Origin: the human T2T-CHM13v2.0 reference genome, Homo sapiens
DNA length: 64,000 nucleotides
Direction: 5' to 3' (one strand)
Assembly: GCF_009914755.1 (NCBI RefSeq)
Contig: NC_060947.1
This document shows, piece after piece, positions 61,018 through 64,000 of this stretch (positions are counted from its first letter, which is position 1; each line of letters opens with the position of its first letter). The position numbers were made by a program, and so were the translations under genes. The notes beneath the pieces were generated by a model. That model was not told where the DNA came from, did no database searches, and saw only the letters and a program-made list of their open reading frames with translations.

Positions 61018-62704
61018 TGCTTTCCTGGTTCCTCCTCCCAAGCGGGCCACCTCCTGGGGAGGGCCCTTTAAAGCTTGAATGTTGCCTGGGATGAGGGAGA
61101 TTCCAGCACCTGTGTTGGCCTGTGGTGTTGATTTGCTGGAGGGCAAACCACAGTTAATGTGGAAAAGGCTGATTGTCTGCCAGAGGGACCTGCTTCCATG
61201 ACCACGGGATCTGTGTGGGGCAGGTCCCTGTCACTGGCAGAGATCAAGGCAGGTGTTGAAGGTGTGGCTGCCTTGGAAGCAGAGGCCTGCCATGGCTGTC
61301 CCCTCACCCTGGCTTGTATTGTGTTGTTGCACTGATTTATCAGAGCACATCCAATTTGGGATCCTCTTGTCCCTTAGGGCTCCATACAACCCGGGATGGT
61401 GAATTTTACGTGTCAACTTGCCTGAGCCACAGGGTGCCCAGACATTGGATCAAACTGTTCTGGGTGTGACTGTGAGTGTGTTTCTGGGTGAGATTAACCT
61501 TTCCCTGGAAGACTGAGTGAAGCTGAATTCCCTCCCGGATGTGGGGGGCCCCACCCAGCCAGTTGAAGGCCTGAGGAGAGCATGAGTCAGAGGGGACTCC
61601 TTCTGCCTGAGTGCTGGGGCTGGGACATCAGTTTATTCCCGCCTTGGAGCATGAACTAAAACGTCAGCTCTTCCTTGGCCTCAAGTCTGCTGGCCATCAC
61701 ACTGGACCTGCACCACCCGCTCTGCTGGGTTCCCAGCTTGCCAACTACAGGTCTTGGGACTTGTGGGCCTCTGGGCCCATGTGGGCCAATTCCTTATAAT
61801 AAATCCCGCATATCTCCACATAGACGTAGACATATCGCCTCCTATTGGTTCTGTTGCTCTGCAGAACCCTAATAGATGACCTCTTCCGTGCATCTCAGGG
61901 TTCCCGCTCAACTGGGGGCCTGGCTGGTGGTGGTTTATTTGCACTACGAGGGGGCGGCCTTGCCGGTGATGTTCCTTGTGATTTAGGCCAGGTGGGGCAT
62001 TGTTTTCATAACTGCAGGCAACACTGGGCTGTGAGTTTGTCCTCCATGAGATTCTATTCCATCCAGGGCAGCCATGGCCTGGTGGATTGTTTAGCCTTAG
62101 CCATCGCTGACAGAAATCAGGACTTGTACTTGTCAGGTGCTCCCTGAGAAACTACTGTGTGGGCTCAGCACTCCACTCAGCCTCCTCAGACTACAGAGTC
62201 CTCATGCCGCGCCATCTGTCACCAGATAATCCCACTGGAATGTACAGAGCTGATGGAGGACATCTTTGGCCTCAGCTAATGTTTTCCATCGCCAGTCTGC
62301 CCAGGGGGTTGTGAGGCCTCATGTAGGGTGGGCAGCTATCCAAGCCACCAAAACTCACAAAAATGCAAAATTCATACTGACCAGGTGTATATGGACTGCA
62401 GTGCAAAGCCTCTTGGGGGTCACTCCCAGCTTCTGCACTAACTGTGCAGAATTCTTTAGTAGGGAAGCCACTTTTCTATACCGTCCTGGGGCAGCCAAGT
62501 GCTTCACTTCAGCCCCTGTCAGGTGGAGCTTGCTTTCCTGGTTCTTCCTCCCAAGTGGGCCACCTCCTGGGGACGGCCCTTTAAAGCTTGAATGTTGCCT
62601 GGGGGAGGGAGATTCCAGCACCCATGTTGGCCCGTGGTGTTGATTTGCTGGAGGGCAAACCACAGTTAATGTGGTAAAGGCTGATTGTCTGCCAGAGGGG
62701 CCTG
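61018..62704 (+). repeat. ~175-bp direct repeat (61018-61192 and 62531-62704), ~94% identical
   Basis: By-eye alignment gives about 10 differences. Confidence 0.93.
61392..61876 (+). mobile_element. MLT2B-type solo LTR inserted opposite to the host ERVL
   Basis: gatggtgaattttacgtgtcaacttg...cctattggttctgttgctctgcagaaccctaataga. Confidence 0.85.
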
Positions 62705-63716
62705 TTGCCTCTTTCGAATACATTCTCTGTAGCCAGGCAGCCACTTTTTCATTTGGTTCCTGGGCTAGGTTCTTAAGGACAGGCAGGGCCTCCGTGTGAG
62801 ACAGAGGGTGTGTCCTCCTCCAGATAAGAGATGGCCTCTCCTTCTTGACCCTCCCCTGTTGTCTCTTCTGTCCTTTTGACTTTGCAGGTGATCACTGGCA
62901 AAGGAGAGGGTCAAGTTCCTCACTCTCCCATGGTAGTATTGTGCTGCCTTATCCTCTAGAGGGTGCAAATCCTCTTCTCCAGGGTCCTCTCCTCCTTCTG
63001 GTTGTCCGTGGAGGTTGGGCTCCCACCTCCTCTCTGTGAGGCATCCTGGTGAGAAGCAGCTGTGAGCAAGCTCAACAGGGGTCCCCTGGTTTGGATTCAA
63101 TAGGACAGCCACCTCTTTTGGAGGGCCTGGAGGCTCTGGGACTTAAACTTCCTGCCTTTGGTCACCTTAAGCAATGCTTTATCTGGCTTAGCCCAAGGGT
63201 TGGGGTATCGATATTCCTCTGCAAAGGGGCTACGAAGATGACATTCACAAAAGAATAACTGAATGTCACAACAGCTGTGGCATGCTAACTGCTTGTAAAG
63301 GCATCTCCCCCAGCTGTGCATATGGGAATGGCCTCAGCCTGGCATCTCTGCCTGATCAGCTCATGTACCTGGCATAGTGGTCCCCAACAGTAAGGATGTC
63401 CTCTTGTCTCAGAGTACCCCAAATCACTGGCCTGGCCACAGGGAACTCCTCCCACTCTAGCCCGTCATGGGGTGAGGTTAGGCCACCTTCAGTCCAGAGA
63501 TGTGTACTCCTCCCCTTTATGTGTGCGGGTCTATAGGCCTTATAGTGTTCAGCACCTGCCTAGTGGGGCTTCAGGCGGGCAAGCTGACCTCCTTCCCCAG
63601 GCAGTATCACACCTCTGACCTCAAAAGTCAGTTCTAATGAGATGAATTCACTCAAATACTGGCATGACCAGGTTAATGAAGCACAGGAAGAGACCACAAA
63701 AAAATAGTGTAACACA

Positions 63717-64000
63717 GGCCAGGTGCAGTGGCTCATGCCTGTAATCCCAACATTTTGGGAAGCCAAGGCAGGAGGACTGCTTGAGCCCAGGACTTTGAGA
63801 CCAGCCAAGGCAACATAGTGAGACCCTGTCTCTACTAAAAATAAAAATAAATAGCCAGGCGTAATGGCACACGCCTGTAGTCCCAGCTACTCAGCACGCT
63901 GAGGTGGGAGGATTGCATGAGGCTAGGATTTTGAGGCTGCAGTGAGCTTTGAGTGCACTGCACTTTGAGTGCAGTGATCATGTTACTGCACTCCAGCCCG
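63717..64000 (+). mobile_element. AluJ running off the window end, with a small internal duplication (ctttgagtgca x2)
   Basis: ggccaggtgcagtggctcatgcc...ggaggactgcttgagcccagg. Confidence 0.9.

Overview
Human (primate) genomic DNA, AT-rich and repeat-dense. The only real coding sequence is the terminal C2H2 zinc-finger exon of the KRAB-ZNF gene ZNF81 (+ strand, acceptor AG at 18772-18773, stop TGA at 20480-20482; 12 intact and about 5 degenerate fingers). Bases 1-18773 are its last intron; the rest is 3'UTR and downstream sequence. Nearly every other ORF in the track lies in L1, Alu, LTR/ERV or DNA-transposon remnants. I see no new multi-gene system. The structure worth attention is retrotranspositional. 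(i) A ~2 kb twin-primed (5'-inverted) retrocopy of an unidentified mRNA 3'UTR sits at 9373-11402; it can be reconstructed from two nested target-site duplications (TSDs). (ii) A twin-primed L1PA with a 3' transduction sits at 13355-14488. (iii) An L1PA is inserted in an Alu linker and shares a frameshifting 2-nt deletion with the neighbouring L1. (iv) An ancient ERVL carries a young 175-bp templated duplication and an apparent AT-to-GC substitution bias. (v) A 5'-LTR-less ERV1 remnant has G-quadruplex/GC-box expansions in its LTR. (vi) Alus show a 15:1 strand bias. Repeat subfamily names come from recalled consensus sequences and need RepeatMasker/Dfam confirmation.
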